64,000 nucleotides of DNA from Candidatus Hydrogenedentota bacterium (GCA_024278275.1 JAJRTN010000039.1:21030-85029); one strand, 5' to 3'. Shown: positions 1 to 10,482, counted from the first letter of the stretch. Notes: a model not told the origin generated them from the sequence alone. Made by a program: numbers and translations.

Positions 1-74
1 GCCACCAGCCCCACGGCCAGGATGGTCAGGGCCACCATGACCTCCAGCAGGGTGAAACCGCCGTTTCGCTTCAT
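1..74 (-). CDS. Type IV prepilin-like protein (PilV/GspI-like), N-terminal part; runs off the window edge
   Basis: Minus strand reads MKRNGGFTLLEVMVALTILAVGLV, a class III signal peptide (G|FTLLE); it follows two other pilin genes. Confidence 0.85.
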   Translation of the reverse strand, partial: MKRNGGFTLLEVMVALTILAVGLV

Positions 75-102
75 GCAAAATACCTCGATGTTACTGTCCG
101 CA

Positions 103-1002
103 TCAGGACGCGATCTTGACGCGCCCCGTGGATTTGAAAAGTTGGATTGGTGTATGGACGAATTCGCCGTTCGGGTTCTCGATGTCCACCAGGCGCTCGG
201 AAGGATCTTCCTCGGGACCGGGCGCGACATAGATGGTGTACCGTTCCTTCGCGCCCGCGGTGATGAGTCGCCCCGACGAACGGAACACGTGGGCCGGGAA
301 AAAGGCCGTAACCGGGTTGTCCCGCGCGGGATCGCCGGGGGGGGCCAGGGGGCCGGAATCTTCCAGGTACGCCTCGATCTTCGTCATGCCGAGTTCGCTC
401 AGGCCGCGAACCCCCGATCCTGCATCCGACTCCTTCGGGTAATCCGCCGGCAGGCGGGGCGTGAGGAGCGGCTGGATGAGATCGGGGAAGCCCGGCTCGA
501 CCGGGTTGTTCAGTAAAATACAGGTCCGGCCCGTGAGGGTGCGGAAATCACCCTGTTCGCCCTTTACGGGCACGTACTTCCCCGCGAAGGCGCCGCTGGT
601 CGAAGGCAGTTCGTACAGCATAGCCGCCGAGCGGATGATGCGAATGATGTTGCCCGTCACCGAATCGGTCATGGGCTCCACCATGAGCGTGTCCCCGGCA
701 CCGTCCAGGTAACCGTCGTTGTTGGCGTCCAGGGACGGGGATGTGTAATTGTCGAAGCTGTAGGCCACCGCCGTGTTCACGTTAAAGGTGGAGGCATAGA
801 TGCGGGCGGCCCGCAGGAAGGCATACAATTCGCGGGAACTGCGCTGCAATTCGTTCCGGGAAAACACGCCGATACGCGCCATGCCGGGCACGGCCAGGGC
901 GGCGAGGATGGAGATCATCCCCAAAACCACCAGCAACTCGACCAAGGTGATACCCGGCGCGCTTTTCCAACGGCTTGTTGCCACGGCTGCTGCTCTCCTC
1001 AC
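103..1002 (-). CDS. Prepilin-type N-terminal cleavage/methylation protein (FimT/GspH-like minor pilin)
   Basis: G|ITLVELLVVLGMISILAALAVP motif; lies in the pilus operon; exact start uncertain. Confidence 0.85.
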   Translation of the reverse strand: MRRAAAVATSRWKSAPGITLVELLVVLGMISILAALAVPGMARIGVFSRNELQRSSRELYAFLRAARIYASTFNVNTAVAYSFDNYTSPSLDANNDGYLDGAGDTLMVEPMTDSVTGNIIRIIRSAAMLYELPSTSGAFAGKYVPVKGEQGDFRTLTGRTCILLNNPVEPGFPDLIQPLLTPRLPADYPKESDAGSGVRGLSELGMTKIEAYLEDSGPLAPPGDPARDNPVTAFFPAHVFRSSGRLITAGAKERYTIYVAPGPEEDPSERLVDIENPNGEFVHTPIQLFKSTGRVKIAS

Positions 1003-1009
1003 GGCCGGT

Positions 1010-1912
1010 CTAGCGGTAGAACCGCATCCAGCTCTGTCCTTTGTCCCAATTGTTCACATCATCGCCGCCCCCCATGAGAATGGGGTCCTGCGCGTCATAA
1101 AAAAGCTCGCGGTCGCTGCCCACGCCGGGCTGGATCCAGGGTATCTGGGTTGCCGCGCCGCGCTGGTCTCCGGAACTGATGCTCGAGAAGTCCACGATGG
1201 CCTGGCCGGACTGCAAATTCTCGCCGTAGGAGTAGACATAGGCGGTTAACTTGGTCGTGGCCGGGTAGCCAATCTCAACGGTTTCGCCAATTTCATCGTC
1301 TTCCACCTGGAGGATCAGGCCGTCATCGGGATCCGGCTTGCTGCCCGGCAGATTGTCCACGGCCCGCTGGTAAACGCGGAAAGGCACCGGCGAGTTCACC
1401 ACGTTCCCGAAACGCCTTGGCCGGGGCAGGGGACCGGGCCAGATCTGGTAAAGCTTTTCACCCCACGGGTCGTTTGCCAGGTCAAGATAGCCGGTACCGA
1501 GATCCTTCACCACATCCTTCCTCAGAAAATGGGAATAGGCGACGCCCAGTTCGGAATCAACCCGCGTCGAATCCAGGGCACTCCGCCCTTCGCGCAACAG
1601 GGCGTAGAAGGTGCGCGTGTAGATCCGCTGCGTGGCCGACAACTGGGCGGCGGTCAGGGCGCCCCCCCCGTAACCGATGAAGCTCCGTATGTTGGCGTCG
1701 TTGAGCAGATGCTTGAGGCTGCTGCGCCCCGAATCGGCCAGCATGGTGGTAAGGGCCAGGTCGATGCCCTGGATATCCGCCAGCGCCGCGGTTGCTTTGC
1801 CGCGGCGGAAATAGCTGGCCGCCTTGGGCACGGCAATAGCCGCCAGGATCGAGATGATCCCGATCACCACCAGCAGTTCGACCAGTGTGAAGCCTCGCCT
1901 TTGAGCGAACAT
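1010..1912 (-). CDS. Large GspG-like (pseudo)pilin, about 300 aa
   Basis: MFAQRRG|FTLVELLVVIGIISILAAIAVP; DPWG and C-terminal YSYG...GGGDDVNNW motifs resemble GspG; start placed at ATG 1912 behind a GAGGGAG RBS. Confidence 0.85.
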   Translation of the reverse strand: MFAQRRGFTLVELLVVIGIISILAAIAVPKAASYFRRGKATAALADIQGIDLALTTMLADSGRSSLKHLLNDANIRSFIGYGGGALTAAQLSATQRIYTRTFYALLREGRSALDSTRVDSELGVAYSHFLRKDVVKDLGTGYLDLANDPWGEKLYQIWPGPLPRPRRFGNVVNSPVPFRVYQRAVDNLPGSKPDPDDGLILQVEDDEIGETVEIGYPATTKLTAYVYSYGENLQSGQAIVDFSSISSGDQRGAATQIPWIQPGVGSDRELFYDAQDPILMGGGDDVNNWDKGQSWMRFYR

Positions 1913-2015
1913 ATTCTTTTCTCCCTCGTTCCCGTGCCGGCGTCCCGGCCGGCGGTACCGCACGAAAGACGCGCCGTCCGTGTGCGAACTTCGGCGGCGC
2001 GCCTGCGCAAACTGC

Positions 2016-3251
2016 CTACTTGTTGATCTGGTCGCCCAAGGTGAAGATGGGCAGGTACAGGGCCACGACGATGAAACCGATGACACCGCCAAGGCAGATG
2101 ATGATGGCCGGTTCGAGGAGGGTCAACATGCCCTCCACGGCCATCTTCACTTCTTCGTCGTAGATGTCGGCCACCTTCATGAGCATGGCGTCGAGACTGC
2201 CCGTCTCCTCGCCCACGTCGATCATGTTCACTACCATGGGCGGGAAAACCTTGGTCTCGTCCAGGGGGGCGGCAATGGTGTCCCCCTCCCTGATGCTGTC
2301 ATGCACTTTGTCCACGGCGTACTGCACGACGCAGTTGCCGATGGTCTCGCGGGTAATCTTGAGCGCCTGGAGGATAGGCACGCCGGAGTTAATCAGGGTG
2401 CCCAGGGTTCGCGCGAAGCGCGCCACGCTGACCTTAATCACCAAATCGCCCACCAGGGGCACTTTCAGGACCACACGGTCGACCACCCGCCCGACGATTT
2501 TGATCTTCATCACCAGCTTAAAGGCAATGACAAACCAGCTCACGGCGACAATACCTTTCCACCACTCGTAAATGGCGAAATCACCGCAGGTAATAAGGAA
2601 CTGGGTGGGCCAGGGCAGGTCGCCGCCGAACTCCTCGAAGATGTCGGCGAAGACGGGCACCACCTTCAGCAACAGAAACATGACAATGCTGAAGGCGATG
2701 ACGATAACCGCGATGGGGTAGATCAGGGCGGCTTTAACGCGACGCTTGAGGGCTTCCCGGCGTTCCATGAACATGGCCAGGCGCTGCAGCACCACCTCCA
2801 GCATGCCGCCCACCTCGCCGGCGCGCACCATGTTCACGTAGAGCCGGTCAAACTGCCGGGGGTGCTTGGCCAGGGCCTCGGAGAAAGTGGCGCCGCCCTG
2901 AATGTCGCTTGATATTTCCTTGATGATGTCGCGCAGCTTACAGGGCTTGAGCTGGGCGACAAGCACGCTCAGGCAACGCAGCAGCGGGAGACCGGCGTCG
3001 ATAAGGGTTGAAAGCTGACGCGTCATCACGACGATCTCTTTCTGCTTCACGCCGCCGAAGTAAAGCTCGTCGAGCCCCTTCTTCTCCTTGCGCGCCTTCT
3101 TCTCATCACGCCGCGTCGCTTCGCGCACGTTGGTGGGATAAAGCCCCAGGGCGCGCACGTCGTTAATGGCAAGGGCCTGGCTGTCGGCGGTCACCACGCC
3201 GAAGATGGACTTGCCTTCCTTGTTCAGCGCTTTGTAAGCAAACTTGGGCAT
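2016..3251 (-). CDS. pilC: Type IV pilus/T2SS inner-membrane platform protein PilC/GspF
   Basis: Two T2SSF repeats (RQLSTLIDAGLPL...AGEVGGML; GEETGSLDAML...LLEP) and a C-terminal YLPIF. Confidence 0.95.
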   Translation of the reverse strand: MPKFAYKALNKEGKSIFGVVTADSQALAINDVRALGLYPTNVREATRRDEKKARKEKKGLDELYFGGVKQKEIVVMTRQLSTLIDAGLPLLRCLSVLVAQLKPCKLRDIIKEISSDIQGGATFSEALAKHPRQFDRLYVNMVRAGEVGGMLEVVLQRLAMFMERREALKRRVKAALIYPIAVIVIAFSIVMFLLLKVVPVFADIFEEFGGDLPWPTQFLITCGDFAIYEWWKGIVAVSWFVIAFKLVMKIKIVGRVVDRVVLKVPLVGDLVIKVSVARFARTLGTLINSGVPILQALKITRETIGNCVVQYAVDKVHDSIREGDTIAAPLDETKVFPPMVVNMIDVGEETGSLDAMLMKVADIYDEEVKMAVEGMLTLLEPAIIICLGGVIGFIVVALYLPIFTLGDQINK

Positions 3252-3265
3252 GCCGGATTCCTCGC

Positions 3266-5020
3266 TTAGTCTTCGAACTTGTCGGTGTGAATCAACACTT
3301 CCTCGGCGCTGGTAATGCCTTGCACCGCCTTGATAAAGCCTTCCTCGCGGAGGGTGCGCATGTTCTGTTTGGTCCGCGCATAACGCCGTATGTCAAAGGC
3401 CATGGCGCGATCCAGGATCATGTCGTTCACGGTCTCGTCCGCAATGAGCAACTCGTAGAGTCCCGTGCGTCCCATATAGCCCACGTAGTCGCAGGCAGGA
3501 CAACCCTTGGGCCTGAAGAACTGCAAATTCGGATCCGCCCGCCACGAATCGGGCAATCCCAGCAGTTCCATCTCCTCCTCGTCGGGCCGGTAGGCCTGCC
3601 GACAGTGCCGGCAGAGCACGCGGACCAGCCGCTGGGCCAGCACGGCCTCAAGCGACGCGGTGATGAGGAAGGGTTCCACGTCCATGTCCAACAGGCGGGT
3701 AATGGTCTCGGGCGCGCTGTTGGTGTGGAGCGTGCTCAGCACCAGGTGCCCCGTAAGCGATGCCTCCACCGCGATATTGGCGGTCTCCAGGTCGCGAATC
3801 TCACCGACCATCACGATATCGGGGTCCTGGCGCAGGATGGAGCGAAGGCAGGCGGCGAAGGTCAGGCCAATCTCCTCATGCACCTGGCACTGGATAAGGC
3901 GGTCAATCTGCAACTCCACCGGGTCCTCGGTGGTGATGATCTTCACATCAACCTGGTTGAGCACGTTAAGGCAGGCGTACAGGGTGGTGGTCTTGCCGGA
4001 ACCCGTGGGCCCCGTGACCAGCATGACGCCATTGGGTTTATGGATGACGTTGTCGATCTTTTTCAGCACGTCGGGGCTGAAACCCAGAACGTTCAGGTCG
4101 ATCTTGACCGCGGTTCGGTCAAGAATACGCATCACCACCATCTCGCCGTAAAGCGTGGGCAGCGTGGCGACGCGGATATCAATGAGGCTGTCGCCCACCT
4201 TCAGTTCGATACGCGCGTCCTGGGGAAGGCGGCGCTCGCTGATGTCCATGTTACAGATAACCTTGATGCGGGACACCAGGGCGATGGCCATGCTCTTGGC
4301 CGGACTCACCAGCTCGTGCAGTACACCGTCCACGCGCAGCCGAATACGGAAGGTATCCTCGTACACCTCGAAATGAATATCGGACGCGCGCTTCTGCACG
4401 GCTTCCAGGAACACCAGGTTGACGATCTTGATGACCTCGGGCTGCTGGGAGAGTTCGACCAGGTTGTCAATATCACCGACGATCTCCTGCTGGCCCAACT
4501 CTTCGAGGGTCAGCTCCGCGGTACCCACGAGTTCTTCCAAGCTGTCCAGCATTTCGGAAACGGAGCTGGACTCGGTGGTGTAGTTGGCCTTGTGGGCCGC
4601 GCTGATATCCTCCTGGTTGCTCACCGCGCCCCGCACTTCCATGCCCGTGATCTGGGACAAATCGTCGAGGGTGTGCACATTCAGCGGATCGGCCATGGCC
4701 ACGACCAGCACGCCGTCGGTGATGCGAATCGGCAAAACCGTATAGAACTTGGCCACATCCTTCGATATCTTCTGAAGCACTTCCTCGGGAATCTTGAGCT
4801 TGGCCACATCAACCCGTTCCATACCGGACTGGATGCCGAGGGCTTCAATGATGTTCTGCTCTTTGCAGTAGCCCATGCTGACCAACACGCGCCCGAGCAT
4901 GTCGCCCGTCAGGCGCTGGCGCTGAACGGCCTCGTCAAGTTGGAGCGGTGTAATAACGCCCTGCTCGATAAGAATATCGCCCAACTGCTTTTCGCGGGAA
5001 TCTTCCGGTGCTACCGCCAT
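3266..5020 (-). CDS. pilB: PilB/GspE extension ATPase (copy 1)
   Basis: MshEN-like N-terminus, ASDIH, GPTGSGKTT, LRQDPD, STLHTN, and a CxxC...CxxC zinc motif. Confidence 0.93.
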   Translation of the reverse strand: MAVAPEDSREKQLGDILIEQGVITPLQLDEAVQRQRLTGDMLGRVLVSMGYCKEQNIIEALGIQSGMERVDVAKLKIPEEVLQKISKDVAKFYTVLPIRITDGVLVVAMADPLNVHTLDDLSQITGMEVRGAVSNQEDISAAHKANYTTESSSVSEMLDSLEELVGTAELTLEELGQQEIVGDIDNLVELSQQPEVIKIVNLVFLEAVQKRASDIHFEVYEDTFRIRLRVDGVLHELVSPAKSMAIALVSRIKVICNMDISERRLPQDARIELKVGDSLIDIRVATLPTLYGEMVVMRILDRTAVKIDLNVLGFSPDVLKKIDNVIHKPNGVMLVTGPTGSGKTTTLYACLNVLNQVDVKIITTEDPVELQIDRLIQCQVHEEIGLTFAACLRSILRQDPDIVMVGEIRDLETANIAVEASLTGHLVLSTLHTNSAPETITRLLDMDVEPFLITASLEAVLAQRLVRVLCRHCRQAYRPDEEEMELLGLPDSWRADPNLQFFRPKGCPACDYVGYMGRTGLYELLIADETVNDMILDRAMAFDIRRYARTKQNMRTLREEGFIKAVQGITSAEEVLIHTDKFED

Positions 5021-5046
5021 GATGCAGTTTGCTCCTTCACGCCGCC

Positions 5047-6144
5047 CTAACCGGCCGCGGGTTTGGCTCCATCACCCCCCTGAATCGCTTTGCAGGTCGC
5101 CGTGAATTCCTCGGCGTGCTGCGCTCGGATAAGCAATTCCTCAAAATCACAAATGCCACGTTTGTAAAGCGCAAAAAGGTGCTCATCCAGAAGGTTCATG
5201 CCGAACTTATGCCCGGTCTGGATGGCCGACGTAATTCGATAGGACTTGTTTTCACGAATGAGATTCTGAATGGCCGGCGTGGTGATCATGATCTCGAAGG
5301 CCGCCACCCGGCCGTAACCGCCTTTGCGCGGCACCAGGGTCTGGGAAATAACCGATTTGAGGTTGCCGGCAAGCTGCGTGCGAATCTGTTCCTGGGCATT
5401 GTTCGGAAAAGCGTCGATGATACGGTCCACGGTGCGCACCGCACCCGTGGTGTGCAAGGTTCCAAAAACCAGGTGACCGGTCTCCGCCGCCGTAATGGCC
5501 GCCTCGATGGTCTCCAGGTCGCGCATTTCACCCACGAGAATCACGTCGGGGTCCATGCGCAACGCACGGCGCAGGGCCTCCGAGAAGGTGGGCACGTCAA
5601 CGCCCACCTCGCGCTGGGTGACAATACTGTTCTTGTGGTTGTGGAAATACTCGATGGGGTCTTCCACCGTGATGATGTGATGACCACGGTTCTGATTGAT
5701 CCAGTCGATCATCGTGGCCAAGGAGGTGGACTTACCGGAACCCGTCGGCCCCGTCACGAGAATCAGGCCGCGGGGCTGATCAATCACTTCCTTGATAATC
5801 GGCGGCAAACCGATTTCCTCGAAGGTGAGAATCTTTCGGGGAATCAGGCGCAGCACAATACCCACGTGCCCGCGCTGCTTGAATATGGACACGCGGAACC
5901 GGGCGACGTCCTCGAAAGCGAAGCCAAAGTCGCTGCCGCCCACCTCCTGCAATTCCTGCTGGTTGTCCACCGACGCAATGCTCTTCATAAGGCTTTCGGT
6001 ATCTTCCGATGACAGGGGATTGTCACCGAAATACTGAAGCTTGCCGTGAACCCGCCCCACGGGGGGATTGTCCACGCCAATATGCAAATCGGACCCATCG
6101 CGGTCGATGAGCATCCGCAGCAAACTCACCATTTCATAGGCCAT
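5047..6144 (-). CDS. pilT: PilT retraction ATPase (copy 1)
   Basis: [28 protein letters not shown] and AIQNLIRE (the AIRNLIRE motif). Confidence 0.95.
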   Translation of the reverse strand: MAYEMVSLLRMLIDRDGSDLHIGVDNPPVGRVHGKLQYFGDNPLSSEDTESLMKSIASVDNQQELQEVGGSDFGFAFEDVARFRVSIFKQRGHVGIVLRLIPRKILTFEEIGLPPIIKEVIDQPRGLILVTGPTGSGKSTSLATMIDWINQNRGHHIITVEDPIEYFHNHKNSIVTQREVGVDVPTFSEALRRALRMDPDVILVGEMRDLETIEAAITAAETGHLVFGTLHTTGAVRTVDRIIDAFPNNAQEQIRTQLAGNLKSVISQTLVPRKGGYGRVAAFEIMITTPAIQNLIRENKSYRITSAIQTGHKFGMNLLDEHLFALYKRGICDFEELLIRAQHAEEFTATCKAIQGGDGAKPAAG

Positions 6145-6156
6145 GAAACGTCTCTC

Positions 6157-8025
6157 CTATGCCGTTACGGCGGCTTCCGCTTTCGGCGTGTCATTGCGGT
6201 GCAACGGTTCGTCCACGCGGGTGCGCTTGTTAACCTCTTCCACCGTGGTAATACTCTTGAGCGCCTTCTGCCAGGCATCCTCCCGCATGGTGGTCATGCC
6301 ATCGAGACGCGCCTGGCGCCGAATGGCCACGGCGGACTGGCCCGCCATCAGCATCTGGCGAATGGCGTCGGTGGTTTGCAGCAATTCATAGGCACCCAGC
6401 CGGCCCAGGTAGCCGGTGTTGTGACAATTGTCGCAGCCGACCCCGTGGTAGAGTTTCACCTGATCCAAATCCACCGGGAAACCCAAACGTTCGATCTGCA
6501 CGGGATCGGGCTCACACACCTCTTTGCACCAGTTGCAAATGGTTCGCATCAGGCGCTGCGCCAAAATGGCCCGCACACCGGACGCCACCAGGAAGGGCTT
6601 AATGCCGATATCGATCAAACGGGTGAACGAACTGGCCGTGTCATTGGTGTGCAGCGTGGAGAACACGAGGTGACCGGTGAGGGCCGCCTTGATCGCGATC
6701 TCCGCGGTCTCAATATCTCGAATCTCACCCACCATCACGATGTCCGGGTCCTGGCGAAACATGGCGCGCAAGGCACGCCCGAAATCCCAGCCGATCTCGT
6801 GATTGATTTGCACCTGGTTGATACCGCTGAGCTGGTACTCGACCGGGTCCTCCACCGTGATGAGCTTGGTATCGGGTTTGTTCAGCGTGTGGAGGGACGC
6901 ATAGAGCGTGGTCGTCTTGCCCGAACCCGTCGGCCCCGTCACCAGCACCACGCCCGTGGCGTTGGTAAGAAGCTTCTCCCAATCACTTTGATCCTGCTCG
7001 GACATGCCCAACTGCCCCAAGCCCAAAAGCAGACCGCTCTTGTCCAGGATACGCATGACCACGCTTTCACCATAGGAGGAAGGCAGCGCGCTCACGCGAA
7101 GGTCAACCACTTTACCACTCAGATTCATCTTGATGCGGCCGTCCTGGGGAACGCGCCGTTCCGAAATGTCCATGCCCGACATCAGCTTGAGACGGGAAAT
7201 GATGGAGGCCTGGGCGCGTTTGGGCGGTGGCGGCATAAGCTGCATTACCCCGTCAATGCGGTACCGTATCTTGATGTCCATCTTCCCGGGTTCCACGTGA
7301 ATATCACTGGCCCGCAGCCGGAACGCTTCGAGGATCGTCTGGTTAATGTACTGCACCACCGGGCTGTTCGCGTCGTCCTCGTCCCCCTCCGTCATAACGC
7401 CACCGCCCGCACCGTCCTCCAGGTCCATCGCATCCATGCTGATGCTGCTCATGCTGATGTCACTGGCGCTCATGCTGCCCATACTCAATGAACTGTCGCC
7501 CAGACTCAAATTCGACATGCTGCTCAGGGAGCTTACGCTGCTGGCGCTGCTCGCCGAGGAAAGCATGGTCTCCACCGTGTTGTCCTGCAGGTTGTAGTAA
7601 TTGCCCAGCGCCGCGCGAATGTCTTCGGGGGTGGACAACACAAACTCCACGGGCCGCCCGAGAAGACGGCTCAGGTTGTCCTGGGTGTTGACATTGGTGG
7701 GATCCGCCGTGGCAACAACCAGGGTATCGCCACGCTCCTCCACCGGAATCACCCGGTAAAGCGTGGCAATACTGCCGTCCACCATGCCCCGAACCCGCTC
7801 AGGGATATCCCGTTCCGAGAGCTTCACCACCGGGATAGCTAACTGATCAGCCAACCCCTCGGTGATATGGCTCTTGCTGATGTGTCCCAGACGCACCAGG
7901 ATTTCACCGAGTTTGCGATGCCCCATGGTCGTCTGTTGCCGATGTACGGCTTCATCCAATTGCTGTTGGCTGATGATGCCGCGCTCGACCAGCCGACGCC
8001 CGAAAAGAGAGTACACGCCTTGCAT
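6157..8025 (-). CDS. pilB: PilB/GspE extension ATPase (copy 2) with a Ser-rich linker
   Basis: MshEN-like N-terminus, Walker A GPTGSGKTT, RQDPD, His box and tetracysteine motif. Confidence 0.93.
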   Translation of the reverse strand: MQGVYSLFGRRLVERGIISQQQLDEAVHRQQTTMGHRKLGEILVRLGHISKSHITEGLADQLAIPVVKLSERDIPERVRGMVDGSIATLYRVIPVEERGDTLVVATADPTNVNTQDNLSRLLGRPVEFVLSTPEDIRAALGNYYNLQDNTVETMLSSASSASSVSSLSSMSNLSLGDSSLSMGSMSASDISMSSISMDAMDLEDGAGGGVMTEGDEDDANSPVVQYINQTILEAFRLRASDIHVEPGKMDIKIRYRIDGVMQLMPPPPKRAQASIISRLKLMSGMDISERRVPQDGRIKMNLSGKVVDLRVSALPSSYGESVVMRILDKSGLLLGLGQLGMSEQDQSDWEKLLTNATGVVLVTGPTGSGKTTTLYASLHTLNKPDTKLITVEDPVEYQLSGINQVQINHEIGWDFGRALRAMFRQDPDIVMVGEIRDIETAEIAIKAALTGHLVFSTLHTNDTASSFTRLIDIGIKPFLVASGVRAILAQRLMRTICNWCKEVCEPDPVQIERLGFPVDLDQVKLYHGVGCDNCHNTGYLGRLGAYELLQTTDAIRQMLMAGQSAVAIRRQARLDGMTTMREDAWQKALKSITTVEEVNKRTRVDEPLHRNDTPKAEAAVTA

Positions 8026-8177
8026 TTGTTCACCTCTCTGTGCGTGTCAATCGCAAAAAAACGATTTTCGACAAAACCACCACCCCACCCGGCACACAGT
8101 CACCGTCCAACGGCAATATGCGTGTCCGCGGGGAATCGAAAAAACGATTTTGCAAATGACCCTCTATGCACACCTTA

Positions 8178-8206
8178 ACTGTACCAAAGAACGCCCAAGT
8201 TGTCAA
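8178..8206 (-). promoter_or_regulatory. Putative sigma70 promoter of the pilB-pilT-pilB-pilC operon
   Basis: Minus strand TTGACA-17 bp-TACAGT about 150 bp upstream of the start, in an AT-rich intergenic region. Confidence 0.6.
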
Positions 8207-8638
8207 TGTGAATAATGCTGGATATTGTTGAAATATAACGACTTACGTCACAAATTGTCAATTAATTACCCTGGTAATCACCATCCCGCGGGGTCAGGGC
8301 GTCCAACCAAAGCCGCCCCAGAAAAAAAATGGTTCATGGCGCACTACCGGTGTACATCATGCCAAGAGGATGATCCAAGCGCTCCCTCCAACGCAAACGC
8401 CCCTTCACCATGCGGCAATGGTCGGGCGTCGCCATTCCACACGGAAACACCAAACACCGCGCACGCAAAAGGAAAAACGTTTACGTCACGTTTAAGAAAC
8501 CCATGTAAGTGTCAATACTCCATTCTTACGCAGTCCCGCCGGGATGTCAAGTGTCTTCTTGCCGGTGCCCGTTGCGAAAATAAAGATTGCAGACTTCTTT
8601 ATTTCCCCCGAAACTGGCCTGGCGCCACCGCTCTCCTC

Positions 8639-8726
8639 CCGTCATTCCCGCGAAAGCAGGGCTCCATGGGATCGGGGGGAAGCACCTTGACCTTTTCCGT
8701 GGATTCCCGCTGCGCGGGAATGACGG
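8639..8726. repeat. REP/RPE-like palindromic element, family A, full copy
   Basis: Arms ccgtcattcccgcgaaagcagggctcca and tggattcccgctgcgcgggaatgacgg; related copies at 12433, 29722 and 40553. Confidence 0.8.
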
Positions 8727-8819
8727 AAGGGGGACGTCGGGAGGTTACCCGCCACCGGGCACCACGACGAGCCGAAACGAGACAGGCGTGCGCAAAGGAA
8801 GGCTGGTGAAGTATCCGGG

Positions 8820-9623
8820 CTAGATTGACGCCCCTGCGTTGGCGGACACGAGCTCAATCTCGAAAATGTGGGGCCAGCGTTTTCCCGTAACGAAGAGCCG
8901 GCCGTTCGTTGTGTCGTAGGCAATCCCATTGAGCACATCTGTTTGGGGCGTACGGTCTTCGGCGGCCAACAGCCCGGTCAGGTCCACCCATGACACCACG
9001 GTCCCCGTATCCGGATCAACGATGACCATGTAATCCGTTTGCCACACGTTGGCAAAAACACGGCCGTTGATGTATTCAAGTTCGTTCAGCCGGGTAACCG
9101 GGGCGTCATTACTCCGCACCTCGACACGTCTCGTTTCGGCGAGTGTCTCCGGGTCCAGGAAGCGGAGCCACGCCGTGCCATCGCTCATGATGAGTTGCTC
9201 GTCATCGTGGGTGAGGCCCCAGCCCTCGCCTTCGTAGGTGAAAGTGCGCGTCTGCTCAAGGCGGTCCCGGTCGTAGATAAACCCGGTCTTCTCCCGCCAC
9301 GTAACCTGGTAGATGCGATCACCGAAAACCGTGATGCCCTCGCCGAAAAAACTGTGTGCCAGGCTGGTTTGCTGCAACACGGCACCGCTTTCCAGGGCGA
9401 CTCGGCGGAGCGTCGAAGCGCCATAAAGCCCCGTGCCTTCAAAAAGGCCCGCATCAGTAATGGCCAGCCCCTGGGTGAAGGCGTTCGTGTCATGGGGGTA
9501 GGTGTTGACCACCGTGTAGGTATAGCGCGGTTGTTCCTCGGGAAGGTCCGGCGGGACGGGTTCGCAGGCCCCGAAACCCACCGAAAGTGACAGGCAGAAC
9601 GAAAGCATCAGCCGCGGACTCAT
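8820..9623 (-). CDS. Glutaminyl-peptide cyclotransferase (bacterial/plant-type glutaminyl cyclase), probably a lipoprotein
   Basis: YPHD..AFTQGL, FFGEGI, EGWGLT, LNELE, ANVWQ, VLNGIAYD and TGKRWP motifs; FGAC lipobox-like sequence. Confidence 0.9.
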   Translation of the reverse strand: MSPRLMLSFCLSLSVGFGACEPVPPDLPEEQPRYTYTVVNTYPHDTNAFTQGLAITDAGLFEGTGLYGASTLRRVALESGAVLQQTSLAHSFFGEGITVFGDRIYQVTWREKTGFIYDRDRLEQTRTFTYEGEGWGLTHDDEQLIMSDGTAWLRFLDPETLAETRRVEVRSNDAPVTRLNELEYINGRVFANVWQTDYMVIVDPDTGTVVSWVDLTGLLAAEDRTPQTDVLNGIAYDTTNGRLFVTGKRWPHIFEIELVSANAGASI

Positions 9624-9776
9624 AGGACACCTTTCCCATGCGTTGAGACATGCCCAGTATACCACCGGGGACGATCACGCCGGACTCACGCAAGCTTTCC
9701 GGCAACACAAGACATGCTCCACCCCTTTTGTGGCTGGTGGATGATATCCCCCGCGGGCGAAAGCGTGCGGACCGGG

Positions 9777-9995
9777 CTACTTGAACCGGTAGGTGATGCG
9801 GCCCTTGGTGAGGTCATAGGGCGACATCTCAAGCGTCACCCGGTCGCCGGGCAGGATACGAATGTAGTACTTGCGCATCTTCCCGGAGATGTGGGCCAGA
9901 ACCATGTGATCGTTCTCGAGCTTTACGCGGAACATGGCATTCGGCAGTGGCTCAACCACTGTTCCCTGTACCTCTAAAGGTTGTTCCTTTTCCAT
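9777..9995 (-). CDS. infA: Translation initiation factor IF-1
   Basis: 72 aa, LPNAMFRV...AHISGKMR...ILPGDRV...[13 protein letters not shown]. Confidence 0.98.
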   Translation of the reverse strand: MEKEQPLEVQGTVVEPLPNAMFRVKLENDHMVLAHISGKMRKYYIRILPGDRVTLEMSPYDLTKGRITYRFK

Positions 9996-10204
9996 AGACT
10001 CCTGATGTTTCCTCTGCTGGGGTTAAAGGGTCCGAAGCGCGGCGTGGGTTCACGGCGAGCACAAACCTCTCCCTTTCCGCCGCATGGCGGCACTCAGGGC
10101 ACCGCTTATGAAGTATATCATATCCCTTTGCACCGCGCACCCTTGGAGGCATTTGCAAAATTGGCGTTCTTCTTACGTACCCTTCTGGATGTTGCGGTCG
10201 AGAG

Positions 10205-10252
10205 AACCGTTCACGGAAATTCGGCGGGTCGTGCTCTCTGTGAACGGTTACC
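10205..10252 (+). repeat. Short hairpin repeat, family C; shortened version of the 12164-12350 element
   Basis: aaccgttcacggaaattcgg-c-gggtcgtgctctctgtgaacggttacc matches both ends of the minus-strand 12164-12350 element. Confidence 0.75.
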
Positions 10253-10482
10253 TGTTATTCAACGGCAAAGGGGCTTGTCGAGACGTCGCCGTGTCAACCA
10301 CCGTTTCCGGCCCGGATGTTTCACCAACGCCCTGTTGCGCAGGCGTACCCCGGCCCATCTCAGGGACTTGTCTCGTTCGGCGAACTCGACATGTATCTAC
10401 ACGCTATCGTCCGCCTCGCTCCGCCAAACCCCTGACCGGCCCCTCCGCACATGCTCACGACGAAGAGGATGAAATGTCCGGG

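Noticed and set aside
8026..8640. Sigma54 (-24/-12) promoter expected for PilR control
   Set aside because: No convincing TGGCAC-N5-TTGC was found by eye; sigma70-like boxes are present instead.
8225..8809. 194-aa plus-strand ORF in the pil upstream region
   Set aside because: It runs through promoter-like AT-rich DNA and a REP element, has atypical composition and has no recognisable motif.
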